A stretch of DNA of 16,613 nt, taken from the NCBI GenBank assembly GCA_041687095.1, contig JAWLCQ010000100.1:1-16613 (forward strand). The letters are read 5' to 3'. The DNA is from Phycisphaerae bacterium. Lineage in GTDB: Bacteria; Planctomycetota; Phycisphaerae; SM23-33. Made by a program: the position numbers and the translations under genes. Below the pieces are notes generated by a model. That model saw only the letters and a list, made by a program, of their open reading frames with translations. It made no database searches and was not told the origin of the DNA. Shown here piece by piece: positions 6,682 through 15,445 of the stretch (the stretch's first letter is position 1; the number at the start of each line of letters is the position of its first letter).

Positions 6682-7362
6682 ATGTGGGACGTCATCACCG
6701 CCGCTTTCCTGCCCGTGAACCTGGTGTTCACCGTGCTGCTGCTCGCGATGGTGCTGTATTGGCTCGCGGTCATCCTCGGGGCGCTGGACACGGAGTTCCT
6801 CAACGTGGACCTCCATGGCGGGGCGGACGCGGGGGCTGACCTCGACGTCCACGCCGACGTCGACCTGGACGGGGACGCCGACGCGGGCTTCGCCCACACG
6901 TGGATGGGGCACATGCTGGCGTTCTTCTACGTCGGGGAAATCCCCGTCATGATCCTCGTCAGCATCCTCATCCTGAGCATGTGGACGATCTCCGTGATCG
7001 CCAACCACTACCTCAACCCGACGGGCTCGCTGCTGCTCTGGACGCCGATCGTCGCGGCCAACCTGCTGGCGAGCCTGCTGGTGCTCAAGGTGGTGGGGCG
7101 CCCCTTCCAGCGGGTCTTCGCGGCGCTGAACACCGACGCCAACGCCCCCCGCCCCGTCATCGGGCGGATCGGGATCGTGCTCACCACGCAGGTGTCCGAA
7201 CGGATCGGACAGGTGGAGGTGCCCGAGCGGGGCGCCCCGCTGCTGCTCAACGCAATCACCGAGGATGGCCGCGTCCTGCGTAAGGGGGATGAGGCCGTAG
7301 TGGTCCGCAGGGACAACGAGCGGGGCGTGTACATCGTCGCCCCCGTAGAACTGGAGACATGA
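6682..7362 (+). CDS. yqiJ: NfeD-like membrane protein (YqiJ/YuaF-type flotillin partner), 226 aa. N-terminal TM helices, an acidic Asp/His-rich loop and a C-terminal NfeD OB-fold beta-barrel.
   Basis: C-terminal ...GRIGIVLTTQVSERIGQVEVPERGAPLLLNAITEDGRVLRKGDEAVVVRRDNERGVYIVAPVE fits the NfeD short-form beta-barrel pattern. It starts 13 bp after the pspA2 stop. Its stop overlaps the flotillin ATG in ATGA (7359-7362). Confidence 0.7.
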   Translation: MWDVITAAFLPVNLVFTVLLLAMVLYWLAVILGALDTEFLNVDLHGGADAGADLDVHADVDLDGDADAGFAHTWMGHMLAFFYVGEIPVMILVSILILSMWTISVIANHYLNPTGSLLLWTPIVAANLLASLLVLKVVGRPFQRVFAALNTDANAPRPVIGRIGIVLTTQVSERIGQVEVPERGAPLLLNAITEDGRVLRKGDEAVVVRRDNERGVYIVAPVELET

Positions 7363-9425
7363 ACATGATTCTGGCAGCCTTAGCATCGGACGCAATCCTC
7401 TTCGCCTTCGCCCTCGGGGCGGTCATCGTCATCGGCGTCCTGGCGCTGATCGTCAAGTGTTACCGCAAGGTCTCCCAGGGCGAGGCCCTCATCCGCAACG
7501 GGCTGGGGGGGACCAAGGTGAGCTTCTCGGGCATGGTCGTCATCCCCGTCCTGCACAAGGCCGAGTACATGGACATCTCGGTCAAGCGGATCGAGATCGA
7601 CCGCCGCGCCATCCAGGGCCTCATCTGCAAGGACAACCTCCGCGCCGACATCGTCGTCGCCTTCTTCGTGCGGGTGAACAAGACCGTCGACGACGTCATC
7701 AAGGTCGCCCAGTCCCTCGGCTGCGCGCGGGCGAGCGACTCCAAGGCCCTCGTCGAACTCTTCGACGCCAAGTTCTCCGAGGCCCTCAAGACCGTCGGGA
7801 AGCAGTTCGACTTCGCCGAGCTGTACATCAACCGCGTCCGCTTCCGCGAGCAGATCCTCGACATCATCGGGACCGATCTGTCGGGCTACGCCCTCGAGGA
7901 CGCCGCCATCGACTACCTCGAACAGACCGACAAGAAGCTCCTCAATCCCGACAACATCCTCGACGCCGAGGGCATCAAGAAGATCACCGTCCTGACGGCC
8001 GAGCAGTTCGAACTCGCCAACGCCCGCGAGCGTGAGAAGGACAAGACGATCAAGAAGCAGGACGTCGAGGCCGGGGAGGCCATCCTCGAACTGCAGCGCC
8101 AATACGCCGAGGCCGAGGCCAAGCAGAAGCGCGAGATCGCCGAGGTCCAGGCCCGCGAGGAGTCCTCCGCCCACCAGGTGCAGGCCCAGGAGCGTCAAAA
8201 GGCCGAGAAGGCCCGCATCGCCGCCGACGAGGACATCGCCGTCGCCGAGGAGAACCGCCTCCGCCAGATCATCGTCGCCGCCAAGAACAAGGAACGCACC
8301 GAGGCCGTCGAGATCGAACGCGTCGAACGCGAACGCGGCCTGGAGGCGACCGAGCGCGAGCGCCTCGTCTCCCTCGCCCAGCTCGCCAAGGACAAGGCCG
8401 TCGAGTCCGAGCGCAAGGAACTGCAGGACGTCGTCCGCACCCGCGTCGAGGTCGAACGCGGTGTCGCCGTCGAGGAGGAACGCATCAAGGACACCCGCGA
8501 GTTCGCCTCCGCCGACCGCTCCAAGCGCGTCCAGATCACCAAGGCCGAAGAGGAAGCCGAGCAGGCCCTCGTCAAGGACATCAAGCAGGCCGAGGCCGCC
8601 CGCAAGGCCGCCGAGCACTACGCCCAGCAGCAGCTCATCGACGCCCAGGCCCACCTGGAGGCGTCCGAGAAGAACGCCGACGCCAAGAAGGCCCTCGCCG
8701 CCGCCGGGGTCAAGGAATCCGCCGTCGAAGGCATCGCCGAGGCGGAGGTCCTCGAGGCCAAGGCCCGCGCCTTCCGCGCCCAAGGCCAGGTCGAGGCCGA
8801 CATCCTCGCCCTCAAGGCCGACGCCAAGGAGAAGGACGGGACCGCCGAGGCCACCGTCGCCCAACGCAAGTACGCCGCGGAGGCCGAGGGCATCACCGCC
8901 AAGGCCGAAGCGATGAAGCTCTTCAACGACGCGGGCAAGGACCACGAGGAGTTCAAGCTCCGCCTCCAGAAGGACCTCGAAGTCGAACTCGCCGAGATCC
9001 GCATCCGCAAGGACGTCGCCGCCGAACAGGCCAAGCTCGTGGGCGAGGCCCTCAAGAGCGCCAAGATCGACATCGTCGGGGGCGAGAACCGCTTCTTCGA
9101 GCGGCTCGTCAACTCCATCACCACCGGAAAGATGGTCGACCGCGCGGTCCAGAACAGCGAGGTCCTGCAGGACTTCCGCGCGGCGATCGTGGGGGCGGAC
9201 GGGCAGGAGACGATGACCCGCATCCGCGAGATGGTCGGGCGCTTCGGGCTCTCCAGCGAGGACGTCAAGAACCTCACGGTCTCAGCGCTGATGATGAAGC
9301 TCATCGGGCTCGCCCAGGACCAGGAGAAGGGCCTCCTCCGCAACCTCCTCGACGCCGCCCACGCCGCCGGGATCTCCAACCACCCCGTCGCGACGTACCT
9401 CGCCCCGGCGGTGGAGACCAAGTAG
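7359..9425 (+). CDS. yqiK: Flotillin-like SPFH/band-7 protein of the YqiK type, 688 aa, with an unusually long Glu/Ala/Lys/Arg-rich coiled-coil region.
   Basis: N-terminal TM segment then ...YRKVSQGEALIRNGLGGTKVSFSGMVVIPVLHKAEYMDISVKRIEIDR...DIVVAFFVRVNKTVDDVIKVAQSLG. This aligns closely with E. coli YqiK (LYRRASAEQAFVRTGLGGQKVVMSGGAIVMPIFHEII...VDVVVAFFVRVKPSVEGIATAAQTLG). It is translationally coupled to the upstream NfeD gene. Confidence 0.9.
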   Translation: MNMILAALASDAILFAFALGAVIVIGVLALIVKCYRKVSQGEALIRNGLGGTKVSFSGMVVIPVLHKAEYMDISVKRIEIDRRAIQGLICKDNLRADIVVAFFVRVNKTVDDVIKVAQSLGCARASDSKALVELFDAKFSEALKTVGKQFDFAELYINRVRFREQILDIIGTDLSGYALEDAAIDYLEQTDKKLLNPDNILDAEGIKKITVLTAEQFELANAREREKDKTIKKQDVEAGEAILELQRQYAEAEAKQKREIAEVQAREESSAHQVQAQERQKAEKARIAADEDIAVAEENRLRQIIVAAKNKERTEAVEIERVERERGLEATERERLVSLAQLAKDKAVESERKELQDVVRTRVEVERGVAVEEERIKDTREFASADRSKRVQITKAEEEAEQALVKDIKQAEAARKAAEHYAQQQLIDAQAHLEASEKNADAKKALAAAGVKESAVEGIAEAEVLEAKARAFRAQGQVEADILALKADAKEKDGTAEATVAQRKYAAEAEGITAKAEAMKLFNDAGKDHEEFKLRLQKDLEVELAEIRIRKDVAAEQAKLVGEALKSAKIDIVGGENRFFERLVNSITTGKMVDRAVQNSEVLQDFRAAIVGADGQETMTRIREMVGRFGLSSEDVKNLTVSALMMKLIGLAQDQEKGLLRNLLDAAHAAGISNHPVATYLAPAVETK

Positions 9426-9447
9426 CGGAGCCGTGACGGCGAAGAGG

Positions 9448-9637
9448 AAATCCGAAATCCGAAACACGAAGTCCGAAACAAATTCGAAACGGCAAATTCA
9501 AATGACAGAAACTAAGGAACACCCCAGCGGGCGCCCACAGGCTTGTACAGCGGGGTTCGCTTGCGAGCGTCCGTTTTGAACATTTGAGTTTCGTGCTTTG
9601 AATTTGTTTCGGATTTCGTGCTTCGGATTTCGGATTT
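9448..9637. repeat. AT-rich inverted-repeat element. 57-nt arms (9448-9504 and 9581-9637, about 47/57 identical as reverse complements) are each built from 8 heptamer units (AAATCCG / CGGATTT) and flank a 76-nt centre. Candidate MITE, structured RNA, RNase III processing site or regulator binding array. It ends 26 nt before the giant gene's ATG.
   Basis: Arms were aligned by hand after reverse-complementing. The period-7 internal structure was read directly. The AT content is strikingly higher than the 70% GC surroundings. Confidence 0.7.
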
Positions 9638-9662
9638 GGGAGCTGCAGAACCGAGGATCGGT

Positions 9663-12600
9663 ATGACTGAGCAGAAGGAACAACAGGCGTCCCCGCCTCC
9701 GCAGACACAGCTCGAAGGTGGGACGTACGAGATCATCCGCCGGCGACTGGCGGAGCGGGGGCAGGAGCTGCGCCAGCGGATCGAGCAGCTCAACGACGCC
9801 CGCAAGGACGTCTTCGGGACCATCGAGACCCAGCTCACCGCCAGCGAGTCAATCTCCACCGACAACAACTGCGTCCCGCGGGACATGGTGTCCGTGGGGC
9901 GCAGCTTCCTCTTCGGGTACAACGTCTTCATCGGCCTGCGGGCCCAGACCGTGCTGGAGGATGTCTTCGCCCAGTACGAATGGGCCGATGGCGCCTTCCG
10001 CCGCCAGGAGCTGACGCTCCTGCGCGGGGAGCGGTTCGAGACCGACTTCCGCAACCTCTACAAGTACTACCGCCACACCACCTTCGCGAAGTTCCACGAG
10101 GCGGGCCCGCACCTGTACCTCGTCTTCCGCACGGGCAAGGCCGTCACCGACGTCAAGACCTTCAAGTTCCTCCTCCGCGGGGAGGCCCTGGAGTACGTCG
10201 ACAACCGCAGCGACCACGAGTACGCCTTCCCCCCCCAGCAGGAGTTCGACTGGACGCGGGTGACGCACGACATGCAGCGCAGCGGCCGCTGCCCCCACGT
10301 CTCCATCGCCGACCGCGTCTTCGTCGAGACGATGGGCGGGGACCTGACGATCAAGATCGAGGACAACACCGAGAGCGGGGAGGGCATCTACTCCGAGCCC
10401 GTGGACAACCCCGACCAGACCCTCGACGACGCCGAGATGTACTACGCCCTCGTCGGGAACCTCATCGTCCTCAAGATCCGCCCCTACCAGGAGAAGGCCT
10501 GGCGGCACATCGTGTACAGCGAGAAGGCCCAGCAGGCCGTCCGCATCGACTCCATCGCCGACGCCTGCGTCCTGCTGCCCGACGGGCACGGGCTGATCTT
10601 CCCCCGAGGGTGCTACCTCCAGACGGGCGAGCTGAAGCTCTTCGAGATCGAGATCGAGGACATGGTCTTCGATCGCCGCATCGCCAGCCCCAACGGGGAG
10701 GACTACCTCTACCTCTTCTACAACCGCGACAGCGGCACGTACGTCCTGCTGGGCTACAACGTCATCGCCCAGCGCGTCGCCACCCCCATCGTCTGCAACG
10801 GGTACTCGCTCTTCGACGACGGGACGCTCCTGTACTTCCGCGCGGGCACGCAGCCCCAGAAGCACCACACGCTCCAGGTCTGGCAGACGCCCTTCCGCGG
10901 GCCCGACTTCCGCCAGGAGGTCCGCACCGACTCGCACCTCTACCGCATCGGCAACAAGGACATCGTCCGCTGCATGGCCGAGTGCCACGAACTGCTCGTC
11001 CTCCTGGGCAAGGAGGACACCTACGCCAACCTCTACGTCGACATCGCCCGCACCGCGCAGAACATCCTCGACGGGTACTTCTGGCTCAACAGCCCCGACA
11101 CCTTCCGCCTCGACGAACCCCTCCGCGCCCTGCAGGAGGCCGCCGCCGGGGCCATCGCCGAGTTCGAGAAGGTCACCCGCACCCAGCGCGACACCCGCCA
11201 GCGCATCGCCGCCGCCCGCGACCGCGTCCGCAAGGCCATCGCCTCCATCGACTACTACCACCTCGACGACATCGGCACCTTCGTCCGCCTCCTCGCCGAA
11301 CTCCGCGCCCTCCGCGGCGAGGTCATCGGCCTCAAGGACCTGCGGTACGCGGACCTGCCCCTCGTCGAGGCGCTGGAGGCCGAGGTCGCCCAGCACGCCG
11401 AGACGCTCTCCGCCCGCTGCGTCGAGTTCCTGCTGCAGCCCGAGGCGCTGGCGCCGTACGTCCAGCGGATCGAGGCCCACCAGGCGGCGATCCCCGAACT
11501 CGCCAAGGTCACCGACGCCAAGGCCCTCGCCGAGCAGCTCGCCGCCGCCACCGCGGAGCTGGAGATGCTCATCGAGATCGTCAGCAACCTCAAGATCGAC
11601 GACGCCACGCAGACGACGGCGATCATCGACGCCATCTCGCTCGTCCTCGCCCAGCTCAACAAGGCCAAAAGCGCCCTCAAGAACCGCACCTCCGCCCTCG
11701 CCGCCAGCGAAGGCGCCGCCGAGTACGCCTCCCAGACCCAGCTCATCGACCAGGCCGTCATCAACTACCTCGACGTCTGCGATGCCCCTGACCGCTGCGA
11801 CGAGTACCTCGGGAAGGTCATGGTCCAGCTCGAGACCCTCGAGTCCCGCTTCGCGGACTTCGACGACTTCGTCGTCCAACTCGCCCAGAAGCGCGAGGAG
11901 GTCTACGGGGCCTTCGAGTCCCGCAAGGCCCAGCTCGTCGAGGACCGCAACCGCCGCTGCTCCGCCCTCCTGTCCGCCGCCCAGCGCGTCCTCAAGGGCG
12001 TCCGCAACCGCGCCGCCGCCCTCGCCACCCTCAACGAGATCAACGCCTACTTCGCGTCCGACCTCATGATCGAACGCGTCCGCGAAACCGTCCGCCAACT
12101 CCGCGCCCTGGGCGACACCGTCAAGGCCGACGACATCGACTCGCAGCTCAAGAGCCTCCAGCAGGACTCCGCCCGCCAGCTCAAGGACCGCCAGGCCCTC
12201 TACGAGGACGGGGAGAGCGTCATCCGCTTCGGGCGCCACCGCTTCAGCGTCAACCACCAGAACCTCGAACTCACCACCGTCCTCCGCGACGGGGAGCTGT
12301 ACCTGCACCTCACGGGCACGGGGTTCTTCGAGCGGGTCACCGACCCCGACCTGCTCGCCACCCGCGACACGTGGGGCCTGGAGTGCGTGAGCGAGAGCCC
12401 CGCGGTCTACCGCTCCGAGTACCTCGCCTACCTCCTGCTCCGCGACGCGCAGGAGCGGGGCGAGGCGGCCGTCGAGGAACTCGCGGGGCTCGACGACGAC
12501 GCGCTGCTCCAGCGGGTGCAGGCGTTCATGGCCCCGCGGTACGCGGAGGGGTACGTCAAGGGCGTCCACGACGCCGACGCCGCCCTCCTCCTCCGCGCGC

Positions 12601-15044
12601 TGCTGCACCTGCGGGCGTCGGTGGGGCTCCTCGCCTACGCCCCCCCCGCCCGCGCCCTGGCGAGCGTGTACTGGCGATGGCAGGAGGACGGGGAGGCGAA
12701 GGCCCGGCTCTCCGCGCGTTTGGCGGCGGCGGGGAGGGCCCGCACGCTCTTCGCCGACCGGCGGATCGACGGGCCCTACATCGCCGAACTCCGCGACGCC
12801 CTCGCGGGCTTCGCCGAGCGGACGAGGCTCTTCGACGCCCAGCACGTCGCCCCCGCGGCCGAGTACCTCTACCACGCCCTCGCCGCCAACGGGTCGGGCC
12901 CGTCCGCCCCCGCGCCCTTCGCGCTCAGCGCGGTGGCGGCGGGGATCCGCAAGCGGTTCGAGTCGCACCTGCGGCACAGGAAGCACGATTCGCACTTCAC
13001 CTCGGCGGCCGAGGCGCTGGCGGACGACCTGGTGAACGGGTATCGGCTGCGCCGGGAGTGGGTGGCGTCGTACCTCGGCGCACATGGGAGCGCGGAGGAG
13101 CACGAGTTCGCCGACGAAGTCGCCGCCGCCCTCCTCGACGGGCAGTCCCCCCCCGCCGTCATCGACGTCCCCCTGGCGGTGGACCTGGAGGGCCTGGCGG
13201 GATCGCACCCGCGGATCCAGGACGGCAAGTGCCGGGTGAACTACGGGCACTTCCTCACCCGCCTGCAGCACCACGAGCGGGAGGTGGCCCCGAAGTTCCG
13301 GGCGTACGTGGAGGCGAAGAAGCGCCTGCTGGCGGAGGCCTCGGAGGCGATGCGCCTCGACGAGTACCAGGCGCGGGTGCTGACGACGTTCGTCCGCAAC
13401 AAGCTCATCGACAAGGTCTTCCTGCCGCTGGTGGGCGACAACCTCGCCAAGCAGATCGGGACCGTGGGGCAGGACAAGCGGACGGACCGCCAGGGGTTGC
13501 TGCTGCTGATCAGCCCCCCGGGGTACGGCAAGACGACGCTGATGGCGTACGTCGCCAACCGCCTGGGGCTGATCTTCGTGAAGGTCAACGGGCCCGCCAT
13601 CGGCCACCGCGTGACGAGCCTCGACCCCTCCGAGGCGCCCAACGCCTCCGCCCGGTCCGAGCTGGAGAAGATCAACCTCGCCTTCGAGATGGGCGACAAC
13701 GTGATGATCTACCTGGACGACATCCAGCACTGCCACCCCGAGCTGCTCCAGAAGTTCATCCCCCTCTGCGACGCCACCCGCCGCGTCGAGGGCGTGTACA
13801 AGGGGCGGACGAAGACCTACGACCTGCGCGGCAAGCGCGTGTGCGTGGTGATGGCCGGGAACCCCTTCACCGAGAGCGGGGAACGCTTCCAGGTCCCCGA
13901 CATGCTCACCAACCGCGCCGACACCTACAACATCGGCGACATCGTGGGCGACAACCGAAGCGAGTTCGAACTCAGCGTCATCGAGAACTGCCTCACCAGC
14001 AACCCCATCCTCGCCCCACTGATGAACCGCTCGCAGGAGGATGTCTACGCCCTCATCCGCCTCACCGAGACGGGCGAGCGGGAGGGCATCGAGTTCGAGG
14101 GCGCCTACTCCCCCGACGAACTCAACGAGTACGTCTCCGTCCTCCGCAAGCTCTTCATCGTCCGCGACGTGGTCCTCAAGATGAACGCCCAGTACATCGC
14201 GTCGGCCGGGACCGCCGACGAGTACCGCACCGAACCCCCCTTCCTCCTCCAGGGCTCGTACCGCAACATGAACCGCATCGCCTCGCGGGTCCTGCCCGTG
14301 ATGAACGACGCGGAGCTGTGGACGCTCATCGAGTCCAGCTACGAACAGGACGCCCAGACCCTCACCACCTCCGCCGAAGCGAACCTGCTCCGCTTCCGCG
14401 AACTCGTCGGCCGACAGACCCCCCAGCAGGCCGCCCGCCTCGAGGAGATCCGCAAGACCTTCCGCCGCAACCTGCTGCTGGGCGGGGAGAGCGACGACAA
14501 GTTCGGGACCATGATCCGCCAGCTCAACGCGTTCTCCGCGGGGCTGGACTCCATCCGCGACGTGCTCGCCGGGGGGGTCGGAGCCCTGGCCAAGGCGAAG
14601 ACGCCCGAGGCGCCCGACCCGCTCCGCCAGACCGCCGACGCCGTCCTCGGCCGCATGGATCGCATCGTCACCGAACTCCGCGAGCAGCGCAAGGCCCTGA
14701 TCGAGCACGACTCCGCCCAAAGCGCCGCCGACGCCGCCCACGCCGCCGCCGGACTCACGGGCATCCTCGAGGAGCAGTTCCGCACGATGGAGACGTGGCT
14801 GCGACCCGTCGCCCGGACGGAGGCGGGACGCGCCCAGTACGCCAACGACCTCGTCCGCCGCTTCGAGGACATGATCGACGGGTACTCCCGCCTCGTGGGC
14901 ATCCTCAAGGAGCGGCAGGCGGGGCACGACGCCGACGAGGCCGACGTGGAGATCACGGTGCGGAGCGGGGATGCGGATCCGCAGGAACCGCCCGATGCCG
15001 AAACGGACGTGACCGAGAACGACGCGAGCCACGAGCAGACGTAA
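9663..15044 (+). CDS. Giant 1793-aa soluble protein with one MoxR/AAA_5-type AAA+ ATPase module in the C-terminal third. Walker A GYGKTT is near residue 1287, Walker B DD at 1352-1353, and a sensor-1 Asn near 1400. The long N-terminal region is mixed beta-rich and coiled-coil, and the tail is acidic. No named family recognised.
   Basis: ...LLLISPPGYGKTTLMAYVANRLG..., ...VMIYLDDIQHCHPELLQKFIPLCDATRRVEGVYKGRTKTYDLRGKRVCVVMAGNPFTESGERFQVPDMLTNRADTYNI... parallels MoxR (hhhhDEINRa-p--qsaLLeamqe...atqNP...lp-a-lDRF). GAGGA RBS lies 5 nt upstream of ATG 9663. The ORF-track start 9618 is an upstream extension reading through the IR element. Strong coding periodicity over 5.4 kb. Confidence 0.85.
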   Translation: MTEQKEQQASPPPQTQLEGGTYEIIRRRLAERGQELRQRIEQLNDARKDVFGTIETQLTASESISTDNNCVPRDMVSVGRSFLFGYNVFIGLRAQTVLEDVFAQYEWADGAFRRQELTLLRGERFETDFRNLYKYYRHTTFAKFHEAGPHLYLVFRTGKAVTDVKTFKFLLRGEALEYVDNRSDHEYAFPPQQEFDWTRVTHDMQRSGRCPHVSIADRVFVETMGGDLTIKIEDNTESGEGIYSEPVDNPDQTLDDAEMYYALVGNLIVLKIRPYQEKAWRHIVYSEKAQQAVRIDSIADACVLLPDGHGLIFPRGCYLQTGELKLFEIEIEDMVFDRRIASPNGEDYLYLFYNRDSGTYVLLGYNVIAQRVATPIVCNGYSLFDDGTLLYFRAGTQPQKHHTLQVWQTPFRGPDFRQEVRTDSHLYRIGNKDIVRCMAECHELLVLLGKEDTYANLYVDIARTAQNILDGYFWLNSPDTFRLDEPLRALQEAAAGAIAEFEKVTRTQRDTRQRIAAARDRVRKAIASIDYYHLDDIGTFVRLLAELRALRGEVIGLKDLRYADLPLVEALEAEVAQHAETLSARCVEFLLQPEALAPYVQRIEAHQAAIPELAKVTDAKALAEQLAAATAELEMLIEIVSNLKIDDATQTTAIIDAISLVLAQLNKAKSALKNRTSALAASEGAAEYASQTQLIDQAVINYLDVCDAPDRCDEYLGKVMVQLETLESRFADFDDFVVQLAQKREEVYGAFESRKAQLVEDRNRRCSALLSAAQRVLKGVRNRAAALATLNEINAYFASDLMIERVRETVRQLRALGDTVKADDIDSQLKSLQQDSARQLKDRQALYEDGESVIRFGRHRFSVNHQNLELTTVLRDGELYLHLTGTGFFERVTDPDLLATRDTWGLECVSESPAVYRSEYLAYLLLRDAQERGEAAVEELAGLDDDALLQRVQAFMAPRYAEGYVKGVHDADAALLLRALLHLRASVGLLAYAPPARALASVYWRWQEDGEAKARLSARLAAAGRARTLFADRRIDGPYIAELRDALAGFAERTRLFDAQHVAPAAEYLYHALAANGSGPSAPAPFALSAVAAGIRKRFESHLRHRKHDSHFTSAAEALADDLVNGYRLRREWVASYLGAHGSAEEHEFADEVAAALLDGQSPPAVIDVPLAVDLEGLAGSHPRIQDGKCRVNYGHFLTRLQHHEREVAPKFRAYVEAKKRLLAEASEAMRLDEYQARVLTTFVRNKLIDKVFLPLVGDNLAKQIGTVGQDKRTDRQGLLLLISPPGYGKTTLMAYVANRLGLIFVKVNGPAIGHRVTSLDPSEAPNASARSELEKINLAFEMGDNVMIYLDDIQHCHPELLQKFIPLCDATRRVEGVYKGRTKTYDLRGKRVCVVMAGNPFTESGERFQVPDMLTNRADTYNIGDIVGDNRSEFELSVIENCLTSNPILAPLMNRSQEDVYALIRLTETGEREGIEFEGAYSPDELNEYVSVLRKLFIVRDVVLKMNAQYIASAGTADEYRTEPPFLLQGSYRNMNRIASRVLPVMNDAELWTLIESSYEQDAQTLTTSAEANLLRFRELVGRQTPQQAARLEEIRKTFRRNLLLGGESDDKFGTMIRQLNAFSAGLDSIRDVLAGGVGALAKAKTPEAPDPLRQTADAVLGRMDRIVTELREQRKALIEHDSAQSAADAAHAAAGLTGILEEQFRTMETWLRPVARTEAGRAQYANDLVRRFEDMIDGYSRLVGILKERQAGHDADEADVEITVRSGDADPQEPPDAETDVTENDASHEQT

Positions 15045-15087
15045 GTGGCACCGTGCCCCGACGCTTGCGTCTCAGGGAAGCAAGTGA

Positions 15088-15239
15088 CGTGGGTGCCACG
15101 GCTGCGCCGTTTGCAGCCGTGCTGGCGTGGGTGCCACGGCTGCGCCGTTTGCAGCCGTGCTGGCGTGGGTGCCACGGCTGCGCCGTTTGCAGCCGTGCTG
15201 GCGTGGGTGCCACGGCTGCGCCGTTTGCAGCCGTGCTGG
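15088..15239 (+). repeat. Four perfect tandem copies of a 38-bp unit cgtgggtgccacggctgcgccgtttgcagccgtgctgg. Each contains a 9-bp-stem hairpin (cacggctgc-gccgttt-gcagccgtg). A degenerate inverted copy and three 21-bp repeats (15269-15331) follow.
   Basis: Copies were compared base by base. 38 is not a multiple of 3 and there are no spacers, so this is neither a coding repeat nor a CRISPR array. Confidence 0.8.
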
Positions 15240-15423
15240 CGGGAAGGACACGGCTGCAGACAGCGCAGCCGTGGCACCCGCAGTAGAAGCCGTGGCACCC
15301 GCAGTAGAAGCCTGGGCGCCCGCAGTGGAAGGCTGGGTGCCGTGGTTTGCGGAGCGCAGCGGAGCAACCACGTCAAACCGACGTGGCAGCCCGAGCCAGG
15401 CGGTACCGTAGTGGCATGCAACG

Positions 15424-15445
15424 CCCCCCGACCGGGTCGGGGGGG
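15424..15445 (+). terminator. GC-clamp hairpin CCCCCCGAC-cgg-GTCGGGGGG (9-bp perfect stem) between the repeat region and pspA3. Same hairpin family as 5489-5509.
   Basis: Perfect inverted repeat read from the sequence. Confidence 0.4.

Noticed and set aside
5709-6914. 401-aa minus-strand ORF covering the pspA2 region, plus the 6097-7362 upstream extension and the 6131-6718 and 6143-6517 ORFs
   Set aside because: These are antisense or overlapping-frame shadows. The NfeD-like reading frame is meaningful only from ATG 6682 onward. Upstream it overlaps pspA2 in a different frame.
7380-8945. 521-aa minus-strand ORF and an 8032-8916 + alternate-frame ORF inside the flotillin gene
   Set aside because: Both are shadow ORFs. 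One translates to Gly/Leu/Asp repeats and the other to a Ser/Pro/Arg-rich sequence. The flotillin frame has an unmistakable SPFH domain.
9849-15032. 1727-aa ORF on the minus strand
   Set aside because: It is an antisense shadow of the giant + strand gene, as expected in 70% GC DNA. Its translation is dominated by Gly/Arg/Leu/Asp/Val low-complexity runs and it has no motifs. The + strand product has a coherent AAA+ module and an RBS.
15088-15239. CRISPR-like reading of the 38-bp tandem units
   Set aside because: The units are directly abutting with no unique spacers, so this is a simple tandem repeat.
9980-15286. 603-aa and 971-aa plus-strand alternate-frame ORFs inside the giant gene
   Set aside because: They are Arg/Pro/Gly-rich out-of-frame readings of the same strand.
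15250-15420. Sigma54 (-24/-12) promoter upstream of pspA3, sought at TGGCAC-containing repeats and at TGGCATGCAACGCC
   Set aside because: No site has the GG-N10-GC spacing with a TTGC -12 element. The TGGCAC occurrences are parts of the tandem repeats.
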